The translations under genes and the position numbers were made by a program. A stretch of 64,000 bases of DNA from Alphaproteobacteria bacterium (GTDB taxonomy: Bacteria > Pseudomonadota > Alphaproteobacteria > JAAXGF01): the NCBI GenBank assembly GCA_963555825.3, contig CAUVXB020000002.1, forward strand, positions 64,001 through 128,000. Direction: 5' to 3'. The notes beneath the pieces are model-generated. The model had not been told where the DNA came from. It was given only the letters and a program-made list of their open reading frames with translations, and ran no database searches. Shown in pieces: positions 8,038-20,213 of the stretch (position 1 is its first letter; each line of letters opens with the position of its first letter).

Positions 8038-11000
8038 ATGGTAGCCACTCTGGCCCAGGCCGCATCGGCCGCGTATTACCTGGAGAGCCAGCGCTCCTTT
8101 CGTCATCCCAATGAGTACTACACAGCGGGTGAAGAACCGGATGGCGTCTGGTTCAATCCGAAGGGCCTGTTCGGTCTTGCCGACGGCGGCAAGGTCGACA
8201 GCAGCGACTTCCACCGGCTGTATAACGGCTTCGCACCGAACACCGGAGGCAAGCTCACACAAAACGCGGGCAGCGAGCGGCGCTCGGCGGGTCTCGACAT
8301 GACCTTCAGCGCCGACAAGAGCGTCTCGGCCTTGTGGGCCGTCGCCGATCCGGAACTGCGTTCGGAGATCGAGCGGGCGCATAACGATGCGGCTCGGGTA
8401 GCGCTGGAGGAAACAGTGCTGAGGCATTGCGCCTATACCCGTATCCGTAACCGGGACGGCGAGATCGAGGTGCTGCCCGCCGATATATCAGCGGCGATGT
8501 TCCAGCATGGAACCAGCCGGGACAACGACCCGCAGCTGCATACCCACTGCGTGATCTTCAATGCCGCCCGGACACACCGGGACGGCAAGTACCGGGCGCT
8601 GCATCAACACCCGGTCTACACCTGGATGAAGGCGGCGGGGGCGGTCTACCGCAATACGCTCGCCTGGAGCCTGCAAGAACGCCTCGGCATCCGCATGGAA
8701 CAGTACGGCAAGGATGGAGAGTTCACGCGCATCGCAGGCATACCCGAGGACCTGATCGGACACTGGTCGAAGCGCCGGGCGGCGATTATCGAAGCGGCCC
8801 GGGAGATGGGCTTTACGGTCGAGGGCAACGCGCCGCGGGCAGCGGCGGCGAACAAGATCACACGGGCCGGCAAGTCGCCGGATAACGACCCGGAGATCCG
8901 GCACGCGCGCTGGCGCGGCGAAGCGGACGGCTTTATCGAACGCGAGGCGCTGATCGCCTCGCTTCTTGGGTAAGTCGGAAGAGATTACCCAAGAGCAGAT
9001 CCGGGCTCTAACAGAGGTGCTGGAAGAACTGCCGTACCGTCTTACCCGAGAGGAAGCGGTATTCCGCCTGCCGGATATCGTGGAGCGGGTGGGCAATGCT
9101 ACCGCAGGGCTGTTGAACCATGAGGCGGTAGCAACAAGCATCGAACGTGTGCTTCTAAGCCCGGAGGTCGTGCGCCTGACCCGCCCGCCACGGGCGGCCG
9201 AGGGCCGGGCCGATATGGCGCACACCAGGCTCTATTCAACCCGTCACAACCTCCAAATGGAGCTTGAAGTCCGTGACATGGCGGCCGGAATGGCCGCAGA
9301 TACGGGACATTCCTTGTCCGCCCAGGCAATCGAGAACAAGGTGACGGGGCTTCTGGCGGCGGGTTATCCGTTGAGCGAAGAACAGATCACGGCAATACGG
9401 ACGGTCACGTCTTCCGGGGGCCGGGTCGCCATCATCGAAGGAGCAGCGGGCTCAGGCAAGACCACGACGCTGCGGCCCATCGCCGATCTCTACCGCGAAC
9501 ACGGACAGAGCATCATCGCCACGGCCGTGGCTTGGCGCACCGCCGTGGCGCTGGGTAACGATGTCGATGCGCGGCCGTTCTGCGTCGACAAGCTGCTGCG
9601 CCTTGCCGCGCGGGGCGGTATCGAGATCGATGGAGACACCACCATCATCGTCGACGAGGCGGGGATGCTGTCGACCCGCCAGGCGCATCATATTCTCCAA
9701 CTCTCAGAACGCCATGGGGCGAAGATCGTCTTCGCGGGCGACACGCAGCAGCAGCAACCGGTGGAAGCGGGACCGGGGTTGAGGTTGGTGCGCGACGCTG
9801 TGGGCAGCGTTAGGGTTGACAGAATCCGCCGCCAGAAGGCCGACCTGGAAGATATTCTGGTCCATGTCCATGGGGAGAATCCGGAGGCTGCGCGGCTCCG
9901 TACGGGGATGATGGGGGAGCAGGAACGCACCCGCATTGTTGCTGAATACGAGGCGATGGAGGATAAGCCTGTATTCACACCGTGGCAGGTGGCGGCATCG
10001 GAAGCGCTGCGCGATGGCGACGCGGCATCGGCCATAGCGGCTCACCACGCCGGGCCGGTTCCATATCGGGTACGACGAAGAAAAGACGTTGACCGGTCTG
10101 GTCGATGACTGGGACCGCTACCAGCGGGAACATCCCGACAAATCCAGCGTGGTGCTGGCGCGCACACGAGCCGAAGTGCGGGCGCTGTCGTACCTGATGC
10201 GGGAGCGTCGTTTCGCCGCCCTGCCGGATGGGGAACGGCCCGATACGGACCGGGTGACGGTGATCGTAAGCCGGGGGACGGAAGACGAGCGAACAACCTC
10301 TCCACTGGAGATCGTGCGCGGCGACCGGCTGCGCATTGGCGCCACTCACTGGGAGAAGCAGCTGTTCAACGGCACCGTGGTCACGGTCGACGACTTCAAG
10401 GTTCAAAGAGGCGAGGCCGGTACGGAGCCGGGTGTTCTGATATCGGCGCGCACCGAGGACGGACGAAAGGTCATTTTCCGTCACGATGAGATCCGCGACT
10501 GGTACGGCAATATCCGCCTCGATCACGGCTATGCGCTCACCATCACATCAGCCCAGGGGTTGACCGTGGACCGGACGTTCCTGCTGGCCGATGCACGGCC
10601 GGCACGTGAGACGATCTATCCCGCCGCGACACGCCATCGCGAGGGGCTCGACATCTACGTCAACCGGGCGCCGCTCGTTCTCGATATCGCCGACAGGCGA
10701 GCGGACAACGACCGGGAAATTGCGGTGACGGACACCGAGATCCGGGCGTATCTGGCCGAACGCTGGTCGCGCTCGCAGCCGAAGGAGGCGGCGCTCGACT
10801 ACATGGCCAATGGTATATGGGAGGACCGCCGTGAGAATGTCCGGGAGGACAGAAGCCGATCCTCCGGCGAAACCCAGGGCGGGGCCGGTGATATCCGTGC
10901 CGCAGCCAACGACAACGCGCTGGCCCGCATCGCGCGGGATATCCGGCGTACCGCCTTCGGCTGGCGCCATGCCCAGGCAGTCTCCACCTTCGCCGCTGGC

Positions 11001-12218
11001 CGCGCGGAAATTCTGGCGGCATACGACGATCTGCGCGAGCGCACCCGCACGCAAGGCGATACCGTGGCGCTTGGGCCTGCTTACCAGGAGACGCTCACCC
11101 GTCACTCGGCACTGCTCAAACAGGCCGCGGCCTTCCGCGCCCGGCCGGACGACTTCGCCTCCCTGCTGGCCCAGCGCGGCGGCATCGGGCGCAAGGACCT
11201 CGACGCCTTCGAGGAACTCCATGCCCGCGCACGTCGGCACCGGCGAGCGGCCACGATGCGGCACGTGCATCGGATCAAGCGGGAGGCGGAACAACAGGGG
11301 GTTGAGCCGGAGATGCGGCAGGGAGAAACCGCGTCCGTCACACCAGCCGAGCGCATCCAACCGGTCCGGCCGCGCCACGACCGCACGCAATCCCGGGCTC
11401 ATCCCGAAACGGCGAACACACCACCCGTTGCTGCGGCCGTAAGAGACGCGGAACCCGTAAAGCCGTACTGGTATGCGCCTTACATGGCATTGCGCCAGGA
11501 CTGGAACACCTTCATCGAAGGCGCCCGGCAAGCCGGTATCCTTATATTTTACGCCAAGGGGTATGCGGACATGATCCCGCGCATTCGGGCGCTGGCGGAG
11601 AACCCGGATGTCCCGGCCGTAACACGGGCGCCCATGATGCAGGTTCTGGAGAATCACCAGCGTTACCTCTCGACGCGTAAACATATCGACGATTACCTGG
11701 ACCAGGTGGACCGGCATATAGAAGAACACGACTCCATGGAAAGCCTGGCCGAAGAGCTCGACATGAAAGTGGCCGAGATTTCGGATTATCCTGACTGGCG
11801 CCGGGAGAACGACCACCTGACGACGGCGGGCGAGGCCATCCTCTCGGACATGGAGACCCACGGTCCCCATCTCGATCACATCCTGATCGGCGAGACACGC
11901 ATGAAATGGGCGCTCTTGAACATGAGCCGCGCCATCCGCCGCGACGACGAGGCCATCAGCGAGGAAGCCATCGCGGCCGAAAAGCTGCTTGCCCAACCGG
12001 AAACGTCCGAGGAGCGGGAGCAGCGGGCCGAACTGGAGGCTCTCAAATTCCGTCGGCTCCAGTCGGCTGTGGACGATGCAGCCACACAAGAGGAGCGCGA
12101 GGCGGCGCAAAAGGAATTCGACGACTATGTCGAGCGCCACTCCGGAAAGTACGATTCGCCCAGCGAAGAGGAGCACGAGGGCCGCTCAATATCCAGGAGC
12201 TGGAGCATCCGCCTGTAA
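8038..12218 (+). CDS. trwC: MOB-F (TrwC/TraI-like) relaxase-helicase, split by apparent frameshifts near 8966 and 10046
   Basis: N-terminal YY...YY, DMTFSADKSVS, HGTSRDNDPQLHTH; helicase motifs GAAGSGKTT, VDEAGM, GDTQQ, HGYALTITSAQGLT. Spread over ORFs ending at 8973, 10108 and 12218. Confidence 0.88.
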
Positions 12219-12537
12219 CTGCAACCCGTTTGGCCACATCCGCGCCCTTTCCCGTGACCTCGTGGCATGGATGCCGCCAATCACCGAACAGGTAATGCTC
12301 GACTTACAGGCACAGAACCCCACCGTATTTTCAGCTTGACGCGGGTTTTAGATCGAACAACATCTTACCTCCCGTCCTATTGAGACGGGCTCACAAAACG
12401 GGCACGGGGTTCGGTCGGCCTTCGATCAGAAATCCGTCAATAAGCCTCCGCCACGAGGCGGAAGATCAGATCGTCCAGCCAGCCCGTCAACGGATTGTCG
12501 ACAACCGTTTCCTCCGCAAGCAGACTCTCGGGCTCGG

Positions 12538-12986
12538 TGGACCCTGCTGACGAAAGTGGAGACGTCCTGCGATAGGATTTTGATCGCAGGAGGTGCACAT
12601 GTCGAAGCAGAATGGGAACAAGGGCCGGCGGTTTGATCGGGCCTTCAAGGAAGAAGCCGTCCGTCTTTTACAGCCGAGCGGGCGCAGGCAGCGGCAGATA
12701 GCAGGAGATCTTGGGATCAGCGTCAGCGCGCTCGGCCGCTGGGTCACAGAATTGCGTGAGGAGGATTTGCTTTCCGGTCCGCATGAGGATGCAGCGAAGG
12801 AGATTACCCGCCTACGCCGAGAGCGTGATCTGGCCCGTCAGGAACGTGATCTGCTAAAAAAAGCGCTGGCCTTCTTCGCCAGGGAAAGTCGATGAGGTTC
12901 CGGTTCATCGACGCGGAGAGGGCCGGGTTGGCGATGCCGATATTCCGCCTGTGCAGACTGCTGCAGGTCAGCGTCTCAGGCTTCTA
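12538..12986 (+). mobile_element. IS3-family element, left part (IRL, orfA, start of orfB)
   Basis: IRL tggaccctgctgacgaaagtggagacg at 12538 pairs with IRR at 54066-54098. 12771-12986 matches 51716-51931. Confidence 0.88.
12599..12895 (+). CDS. IS3-family transposase OrfA
   Basis: RRFDRAFKEEAVRL, HTH IAGDLGISVSALGRW, ending LLKKALAFFARE with an A7G frameshift window. Confidence 0.88.
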   Translation: MSKQNGNKGRRFDRAFKEEAVRLLQPSGRRQRQIAGDLGISVSALGRWVTELREEDLLSGPHEDAAKEITRLRRERDLARQERDLLKKALAFFARESR

Positions 12987-13565
12987 TCCCCGTGCTCGAG
13001 GTGACCGGGCCGGACCCAGCCAGCCGAAGAGCCAAGGGCAAGGACGACGCCCTGGATGCGATCTCCGCGGCCGAGGCGGCGCGCACAAGACGCCGGGTCC
13101 AGGTGGCCAAAGACCGTTCCGGCACCGTGGAAGCCCTGCGGGTGCTGCGAACAACGCGAAAGACGGCAATCAAGTGCCGCCGCGCGGCCCTGCAGCAACT
13201 CCACAACACCATCGTTGCCGCACCGGAGGAAGTGCGTGACCAGGTCCGCAACCTCACCCGCATGCAGCGCCTGCGTACCTGTGCGGCCTGGAGGCCGGAC
13301 ACGGTCGGCTATCGAGACCCGGTGGTCGCGACCAAGCTCTCCCTGAAGTCCCTCGCCCGCAGAATCCTCGACATCAACGACGAGATCGCTGAACTCGACC
13401 GGTTCATCGTCCCCTTGGTCGAGGAGCTCGCCCCCAGTCTGCTTGAGCTCGAAGGCGTGGGCACCGAGAACGCAGGCGCAGTAATGGTCGCCGTTGGGGA
13501 TAACCCGGATCGGCTCCGCTCCGAGGCGAGCTTCGCCATGATGTGCGGCGTCTGCCCGATCCCCG
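12985..13565 (+). pseudogene. Internal fragment of IS110 transposase
   Basis: Matches ~52955-53535 of the complete IS110 copy. Truncated on the right by IS256. Confidence 0.9.
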
Positions 13566-15014
13566 GGGATGTCCCGGTCGATGTTGAAAAGTTGAGGTAG
13601 GTGTCGCTCTCCTGGAGCCGTTAGGCTCCGGGTGCTGCAAACCCAAAAGGGAGAACGACACCATGGGAAAGAATATCCGTAGTTCCAGCCGCCCGAAAGC
13701 CCTTGCCCCCTCGATTCCTATGCCGCCGCTGGCGGACGCGATGGACGCAGTCCATCTCAGCGTGGATCGGTTTTGTCTTCTGGCCGGGGTCGAGGCCTTG
13801 GCCGAGATGATGGAGGAGGACGCCACGACCGTGTGCGGGGCCCGACATCGCCGCCATGGGGACCGTCGAGGTTATCGCTGGGGCAGGACACATAGCGAGA
13901 TCGGCTACCACGGCGGCAAAGTGAAGGTGGCCCGGCCACGGGTTCGTGACCGGGCGGGCAAAGAGGTGAGCTTGGAGAGCTGGCAGGTGCTGCGCGACGG
14001 CAACCTGTTGCTCGAGTGGGCGCTCAACCTGATGGTGCTGAACGTGTCGACCCGCAAGTACCACCGCGCGGTCCGTCTGCCCGAGGGCGACCTGGCGAAA
14101 GCGCGTGGCGACGGCACCTCGAAGTCGGCCGTTTCCCGGCGCTTTGTGGCGCTGTCGCGCAAGAAGATGAAGGCCTGGCTCGCCTCGGACCTCTCGGAGC
14201 TCGACCTGCTGGTCATCCAGATCGACGGTCTGCATGTCGGCGACCATGTCTTGGTGGCGGCGATCGGCGTCGATGGCAACGGCGACAAGCATGTCCTGGC
14301 CGTGGTCGAGGGGGCGACGGAGAACACTGTCGTCGTCCAGGCCTTGCTCGACAATCTCCTCGCCAGGGGGCTCGATCCGACGCTGCCCCGGCTGTTCATC
14401 GTCGATGGCGCGAAGGCGCTCAGCAAAGCGATCCGCAACACCTTCGGTGTGGCCGCCGCCATCCAGCGCTGCCAGGTCCACAAGGGCCGTAACATCATCG
14501 AGCGCCTGCCCCAACATTTGCACGCGAGCGTCAAGAAGGCGCTCCGTCAGGCCTGGGACCAGGACGACGCAAACAAGGCCGAGCGGCTCTTGCGCAACCT
14601 GGTCCGGCGTCTGGAGCATGAGGAACCGGGCGTCTCGGGCAGCATCCTGGAGGGGCTGGACGAGATCCTCACCGTCATCCGCCTCGGCCTGCCGCACGAA
14701 CTCCGGCGCTCGCTCGCCTGCACCAACATCGTCGAGAACGCGCTCGGCACGGTGCGCCAGGTCACCCGCAACGTCAAACGCTGGAGACACGCCGAGATGG
14801 CGCTCAGATGGACCGCCGCCGGCCTGCTGGAGGCCCAGAAAACCTTCCGTCGCCTCAAGGCCTATCGCCAGCTGCCCATCCTCCGAAATGCTCTCCAGGA
14901 ACACTTGAGAAAGGCTCAGGCCGACAGTGCCATTGAAACCATCATGAAGGCAGCATAGCATCATCAACCAGCGACGCCTGCCCCACGAATTTCAACAGAG
15001 ATAGGGACATCGCC
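13565..15014 (+). mobile_element. IS256-family insertion sequence
   Basis: Imperfect ~25-bp IRs ggggatgtcccggtcgatgttgaaa and (reverse complement) ggcgatgtccctatctctgttgaaa. No matching target duplication. Confidence 0.88.
13663..14958 (+). CDS. IS256-family (mutator-type) transposase
   Basis: VSTRKY, SKSAVSR, IQIDG, IVDGAKAL, QRCQVHK and TNIVE motifs. Confidence 0.93.
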   Translation: MGKNIRSSSRPKALAPSIPMPPLADAMDAVHLSVDRFCLLAGVEALAEMMEEDATTVCGARHRRHGDRRGYRWGRTHSEIGYHGGKVKVARPRVRDRAGKEVSLESWQVLRDGNLLLEWALNLMVLNVSTRKYHRAVRLPEGDLAKARGDGTSKSAVSRRFVALSRKKMKAWLASDLSELDLLVIQIDGLHVGDHVLVAAIGVDGNGDKHVLAVVEGATENTVVVQALLDNLLARGLDPTLPRLFIVDGAKALSKAIRNTFGVAAAIQRCQVHKGRNIIERLPQHLHASVKKALRQAWDQDDANKAERLLRNLVRRLEHEEPGVSGSILEGLDEILTVIRLGLPHELRRSLACTNIVENALGTVRQVTRNVKRWRHAEMALRWTAAGLLEAQKTFRRLKAYRQLPILRNALQEHLRKAQADSAIETIMKAA

Positions 15015-15589
15015 GGCAGTTCTAGCCAAGACGCTCAGCCGGCCATGGCTGGCAGTTTGACATTAATCGAACGGTCGGCGTGATGTCGGCGCCAAGGCCA
15101 GCGGCGATGCGATGTCCCGTCCGAAACCAGTGGCGCTCTCCCCGGGCAGCGCTCGCCGCACTCGCGTCCCCACCGGTGCGGACGCGAGTGCACGGGCTGC
15201 CGCGGAGACTGCCGGCGGCATGGCCGGCACGAGACGGCCCGCGGTTGTGCCTGCGCCGCTGTACGCGATGCCGGACACGACTCGTTCGTTCCTGAAGCTC
15301 ACGGTGCGCGCCGATCCGTGCAGTCCCGCCGGCATGTCGCCGATCGGGACCACCCACAGAGGCCATGCCTCGGCTGCTTCGCGTCGGCACCATCGCGAGG
15401 GTGTCGAATCACCGCTTAAACACCTGTCTGATTTTCCGGGGCCACCTCAGTCCGCGTCTTAATGCGGCATGGAGCAGACCGGCCGAGGAACGGAAGTCAC
15501 GCGCCGGGCGAAGCCCTGGGACGCGGTGGTTATGTTCAGGGCGATCGTTTATTGCGCGCTTTACAAATCTCTCGGACAACAGTGGTGAG

Positions 15590-15822
15590 GTAACGGAAAT
15601 GGCCAGTCTCTGCGCCGCATCGAACACGAAGGCGCGGACAGCGTCGGGGTCGCCGAGCAAGGCGTCCGTGGCTTCAAGTTCCTGGTGGACGTCGGCGTCC
15701 AGTGTGGGCGGCGCCTTCGCCGAGCGGCCACGGACTTGGCGCTCGCGTTCCTTGACTTTCCTGGCTGGTTCCAATTCTGGCCGCTCGGATGGCGACGGGT
15801 AGTTGCAAGCGACCACGGTCAC
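15590..15822 (-). pseudogene. Probable fragment of an SNF2-like helicase C-terminal region
   Basis: VHQELEATDALLGDPDAVRAFVFDAAQRL resembles, from recall only, segments of defence-island SNF2 helicases. Short and degenerate. Confidence 0.3.
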
Positions 15823-17088
15823 GCATTCTGCGTCGAGTCCTTGGCCGCTGCAGCGTCTACAACTTCAAAGAGCTTTGTGAGCGTTTTTTCACCGACTCGT
15901 GCCCTTCGCATCAACTGCTTCAACTCTTCCATCAGTGCGGGATCGGCAAGATCCTCGATTGCCACGTCCTTGTATACGACGGTGTGGTGAGGATCGCCAA
16001 AGGCCACGGCTTTGTCGAACAGCTGATCGGCCTCGCGTTCCAAGTCGGTTCTGTATGACTGTTCGTCCATGTCATCACGCATGCGCAAATGCGCTGGTGG
16101 CTGTTCCTTCCAAAGATCGACAAATTCGGTGACGAATTGTTCGCGAAAAGTCTTCCTACTCTCATCGATTGTCCCTTGAAGAACGCAGTGATATGCCTTG
16201 ATGATTCCAATCAGACGATCCAACTGCTTGCCCGCTTGTTCCTTGTCTTTTCGCAGAATCACCTTTCCACGCGCCTTCCAGTCATGGAAAAACACGCGCT
16301 CAAGCTGTTGGCGCTCACGTACGATGTACTTCTCGTTCACCATCAACGTCTCGCGACCTGCGCCGAAACCAATCGATATTTCCAACTCGGTCTCAAGATC
16401 GATGGGCATCTTGAGTGTCGAGGAAATACGGGATCGCAAGTCCATGTCCTTAAGCTTTTGAAACTGGGCAGGCAGCTGGATCTTGCGCGAACGAAATGTC
16501 ATTCGTCATCTTCAGCTCAACGAATTGTACTTCGCTCCTGAAGACTCTCAGTTTTCTGCTCAGATCGAAGGGCTGCGGTGGATCCGCGTTCAGGTTCGCG
16601 ACCATTTGATCGACCCGCTCGGATGTCAGTGCGGTCTGCCCGACTTCCGTCTGGGCTCCCGCGAGCGCAGTTGCAAGGGCCAATGTGTCCGCGGCTTCAC
16701 CCTCGATCACAAGTGCGTTCGGCTTCTCGACGCTCGTTGAGCCGGCCTCGACATTGCGTGGTACGGGTGAGTAAACCATGGCCCGATGGTCAGAAACGAT
16801 GACACCGATGCGAACGCCTGGTTGCTCGCGGAGCTCGAACAGCTCCTGGGAGCTGGCTCGGCGGATGTTTTCCAGGGCCTGCATATCACCATAACCCATG
16901 CGATAGACTTCCGGATCGGTGTCGAGAATAACCGTCAACGATTGTGCCGAGAGGGTTCCAATACAGTGTCCAAGCGCCTCGGCGACCGGAGTGGTCAAGC
17001 CGGGGGCGACGATGATCAGGCGGTGTACCGCGGACTGGATCAATTCGATCAGCTTGTCGTCGGTGGCCGTGGTGAATGTACGGTTCAT
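15819..17088 (-). CDS. Hypothetical protein with PLD-like N-terminal fold (apparent frameshift near 16502)
   Basis: LIQSAVHRLIIVAPG, LTVILD and RIGVIVSDHRAMVYSP suggest a PLD-nuclease-like layout without HKD. ORFs ending at 16450 and 15819 join at VELKM/TFRSRK. Lower GC than flanks; GGAG RBS. Confidence 0.6.
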
Positions 17089-17464
17089 TTCATCTTCTCC
17101 TCTCGTCGCCCATTCTCGTCGACTCCGCGCGTGAGGCAGCCAAACGCTGACCATCTGAAGGCCGCGCCTTCTTCTACACCTGCACTCGGCCTGCCACATC
17201 GAAATAAGTGTCTACCGCTTAGCAGCCTGTTGAAAAAGTTGGTGGCGCATCTGGGGTCGGCTCCCACCCTGAAACTCAAACCTGGCGCTGCAACGCGCTG
17301 GCCGGGCTGCTGCTGGAAATCCACGCAAGCGACTCCGCAAATGGCTACCCGAGGCGAGTCGTGGTAAATGTCGCTGCTTCAGGGCGGTGCCCCGCCTGAA
17401 GAACTACCGCATTGGCCCAGCTCTGCCCGGTGGCATTGTTCGATGCGTCGCCGGTGTCTCGCCG

Positions 17465-18178
17465 TCAAAGCCTGTGAACGTCGAACGAACACTTCACCCC
17501 CCGGTTCGTTTTCGTCGCTTGCCTGGCACAATCAGCTACCTGGTTGCCGTAGTTATCCCAGATATAGCCGCGCCACCCTCCGGTCGGATCGTCGAGGGGG
17601 ATGATCGCGAACTGTTGTTCGACCAGTACGCCGAGCAGGAAGAAGGCCGGCACGGCCACGGCCAGCGCGAGCCCCGGCCACGTCCAGCGGCGGCGGCCAT
17701 GGCTGGCCGCGCGGCGCAAATCAGCCGCGTAGTCCACGATTGCCTCCTCAAGGCGGTCCGCCACCGCCTGGGCTTCCTGCTGCCGCGCACCTGCAGCCGA
17801 GAGTCCGTCGAGGAGTGATCGGGTCTCATCGGCGTGCGCCGTCAGTTTCCGCGTGATCTCCAGGAGTTTGCGGGTGCCGGCGTTCAACCGGGCTCCGTCT
17901 TCCTTCTCCTCTCGTACATTCTGCGTAGAAAGGCGCTGCACCAGACCGAACACATCCTTGAGTGTTGGGTTTTCCACGGCTGCATCTGTTTCCGGTCTAC
18001 CGCCGGTCTCCGGCGCCGTTTCAACGCTCCGTTCCAGCGGGACAGTTTTATCCGGCTCGCCGCGATCCTCTTCGATTGGCGGAATATCGAACCCCGGCGG
18101 GTCCGCGGGCGCTGCCGTCCCGGGCGCCTCGTCCACTCGGCTCGCGGTGTTTTCCAATAACTCGTGTTGTTCCGTCAT
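17465..18178 (-). CDS. Hypothetical coiled-coil membrane protein, last gene of the transfer train
   Basis: ATGA overlap with the coupling-protein gene; acidic N-terminus, coiled coil, one TM segment and a C-terminal Cys pair. Confidence 0.65.
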   Translation of the reverse strand: MTEQHELLENTASRVDEAPGTAAPADPPGFDIPPIEEDRGEPDKTVPLERSVETAPETGGRPETDAAVENPTLKDVFGLVQRLSTQNVREEKEDGARLNAGTRKLLEITRKLTAHADETRSLLDGLSAAGARQQEAQAVADRLEEAIVDYAADLRRAASHGRRRWTWPGLALAVAVPAFFLLGVLVEQQFAIIPLDDPTGGWRGYIWDNYGNQVADCARQATKTNRGVKCSFDVHRL

Positions 18179-20154
18179 GATGTTTTTCCTCCAAACGGTA
18201 GTTTGAATCGTGGCCACGCCCACGTTTCACCGGAATCCGCGGCGCTGTCCTTGCGGATGACGAACGGGTTGGGATCGGCAAGATCGCGGGAGTCCCAGCG
18301 GCGCCAGTAGCGCGCGTGATGGAGATGCAGCGCATCGCGCGGCATGTCCTTGGGCGAGGCGATGACGTATTGGCGGTCGGGCCCAAGCGTCATGAGTTCG
18401 TCGGGGGTGATCAGGCGCTCGCGCACCAGGGCGCGGGAATCGCCGGCCTGCCATTGCGTGTTGGCGGTGACGATGCGGTTCTCGGCAATGGTGCCGGAAC
18501 GGTTTTCGGTCCGGGCCTCGAAGGTGGCGGTGCCGATGGCCCTGGAGAGTTCCTCCGCGCCCTCGGCGTCGGTGCGCGGGAAGCCCAGAATCTGGACCAG
18601 TTCGGCGAGATGCAGGAGGGTCTTGCGGTGCTCCTTGCCCCAGGTCGAATCGAGCGCCGAGATCGACTGGGCGAAGCACCAGAAGTGGACGCCCTTGCCG
18701 GCGGCCATGGTGTAGCCGTCCATGACCGGCTTGAGGTAGCCGAGGCGCGGCATCTCATCGATGACGATAAGAAGATCGCGCTCAAGCGGTTTGATACCGG
18801 CGACGGCGTTGGGGATGGCGACCCACAGGCGCAGCCAGCCCTTGACGTGCTCGATGGTCTCCTCGGGAGCAACGACGAACAAGTCGGTATCGCCCTCCGC
18901 CAGATCCAAGGGATCGAAGCTGGAGGTTTGCGTATGGGCGAGCAATTCAGGGTAGTTCAGGAAGGCGAGCTGGTTGGCGATGGTGGTGAAGTTGCTCCCA
19001 CCCTCTTCCTTGCCGACCTGGGCCTGCCGCTGGACCGCGATATGGGTGAGCCCGCCGGCAAAAGGCTTCTTGGACCTGACATGTTTCGCAAAGGCCTCCC
19101 TTTGCTTCGGCAGCATCGATAGCATTTGATAAAGGGTGGCGAGGGTGCGTTTCCGTTTCGGTTCGCGAAAACGCACCCAGGCCATGTAACCGGCGACGAT
19201 GGCGCGGGCGGATTCGTAGAAATGGCGGCTGCTTTCGTGCGAACCCGGGCGCGGCGGCGTGAGCAGGGCGTCGAGCAGGACATTGATGTCGCGCACGGCG
19301 AGACTTTCATCGTCTCGAATGAAGTCGAGCGGGTTGTAGAACGCGCTTCTGACATTCGGCAGGTGGGTTTTTTCCTCGAACTGTTCCTTGTGCTTGGCCA
19401 CCACACCGAAAGGATCGATCAACAATGCCCGGCGGCCCAGCTCGCGCCTGCGCCGGGCAGCGATACACCAGAGTTCGCCGCGCGGGTCAATAGTGACCGT
19501 CGATCCCTGGAACCCCCGGTCGCCGGGCGACAGCAGGTTAAGGGCGATGAGAGCGCCCTTGCCGACGCGGGGCGGGGCCACGGTGATGGCGGAGCCTTCC
19601 AGGGACCAGCCGATCAGCTTGGCGTTGCGGCCCGCGCCCCACTGGCCGAGCAGGATGCCCCGGCGTTTGGCGAGGCGGCGCAGAAACCTTCGGCCGAGCA
19701 GCTTCGACTTGCCATAAAGATCGGACTCGGCCCGCTGCCGCCGCTTGCCGCTCTCCAGGTATTTGAAGCTGTCGATCAGGACCTCGAACCACAGCATGAA
19801 AGAAATCGCGAAGCCCGGTGGCGGCACGGCGATCAAGGCCAGTTCATAGCCGCTCAGACGCGTGAGCCGGTCGACGAAGCCCGGGAAGGATGAGGCCTCG
19901 AGCACGGGACGGACGATCTCCATCCAGATCGACGCGGCGCAGATCATCATTGCGGCCCCGTAGAGCCCGAAACGGACCCAGGCGCCCTTCTCCTGGCGGC
20001 CGGTGGCAAAGTAGGCCAGCAGTACCAGGGTAAGAACGGCGCCGAGAATGGCGAGGCTGATATGGGAGGAGCGGAGACGCTCCAGCAGGTAGGCTGAACA
20101 GCCGGCGCCCGCGGCAAGCAGCAGCACGGAGATGTAAACGGGTAAGAATCGCAT
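18175..20154 (-). CDS. virD4: Type IV coupling protein, VirD4/TraG family
   Basis: N-terminal TM helices; TVAPPRVGKG (Walker A), TIDPRGEL, FYNPLDFI, IDEMPRLG (Walker B), FAQSISAL and ERLITPDEL. Confidence 0.9.
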   Translation of the reverse strand: MRFLPVYISVLLLAAGAGCSAYLLERLRSSHISLAILGAVLTLVLLAYFATGRQEKGAWVRFGLYGAAMMICAASIWMEIVRPVLEASSFPGFVDRLTRLSGYELALIAVPPPGFAISFMLWFEVLIDSFKYLESGKRRQRAESDLYGKSKLLGRRFLRRLAKRRGILLGQWGAGRNAKLIGWSLEGSAITVAPPRVGKGALIALNLLSPGDRGFQGSTVTIDPRGELWCIAARRRRELGRRALLIDPFGVVAKHKEQFEEKTHLPNVRSAFYNPLDFIRDDESLAVRDINVLLDALLTPPRPGSHESSRHFYESARAIVAGYMAWVRFREPKRKRTLATLYQMLSMLPKQREAFAKHVRSKKPFAGGLTHIAVQRQAQVGKEEGGSNFTTIANQLAFLNYPELLAHTQTSSFDPLDLAEGDTDLFVVAPEETIEHVKGWLRLWVAIPNAVAGIKPLERDLLIVIDEMPRLGYLKPVMDGYTMAAGKGVHFWCFAQSISALDSTWGKEHRKTLLHLAELVQILGFPRTDAEGAEELSRAIGTATFEARTENRSGTIAENRIVTANTQWQAGDSRALVRERLITPDELMTLGPDRQYVIASPKDMPRDALHLHHARYWRRWDSRDLADPNPFVIRKDSAADSGETWAWPRFKLPFGGKTS

Positions 20155-20213
20155 TAGTTTTCAAATTCCTTAGTTTGCGTTTGCGGACGCGTTGCGAATA
20201 TTCGGGGCGTGAA

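Noticed and set aside
13621-14967. Long antisense ORFs over transposases (also 52542..53768 and 53988..55532)
   Set aside because: Shadow frames of the IS256, IS110 and istA genes.
15330-15450. Possible IS3-like right-end remnant (ttttccggggccacctca)
   Set aside because: No partner IR or convincing transposase frame; too weak to annotate.
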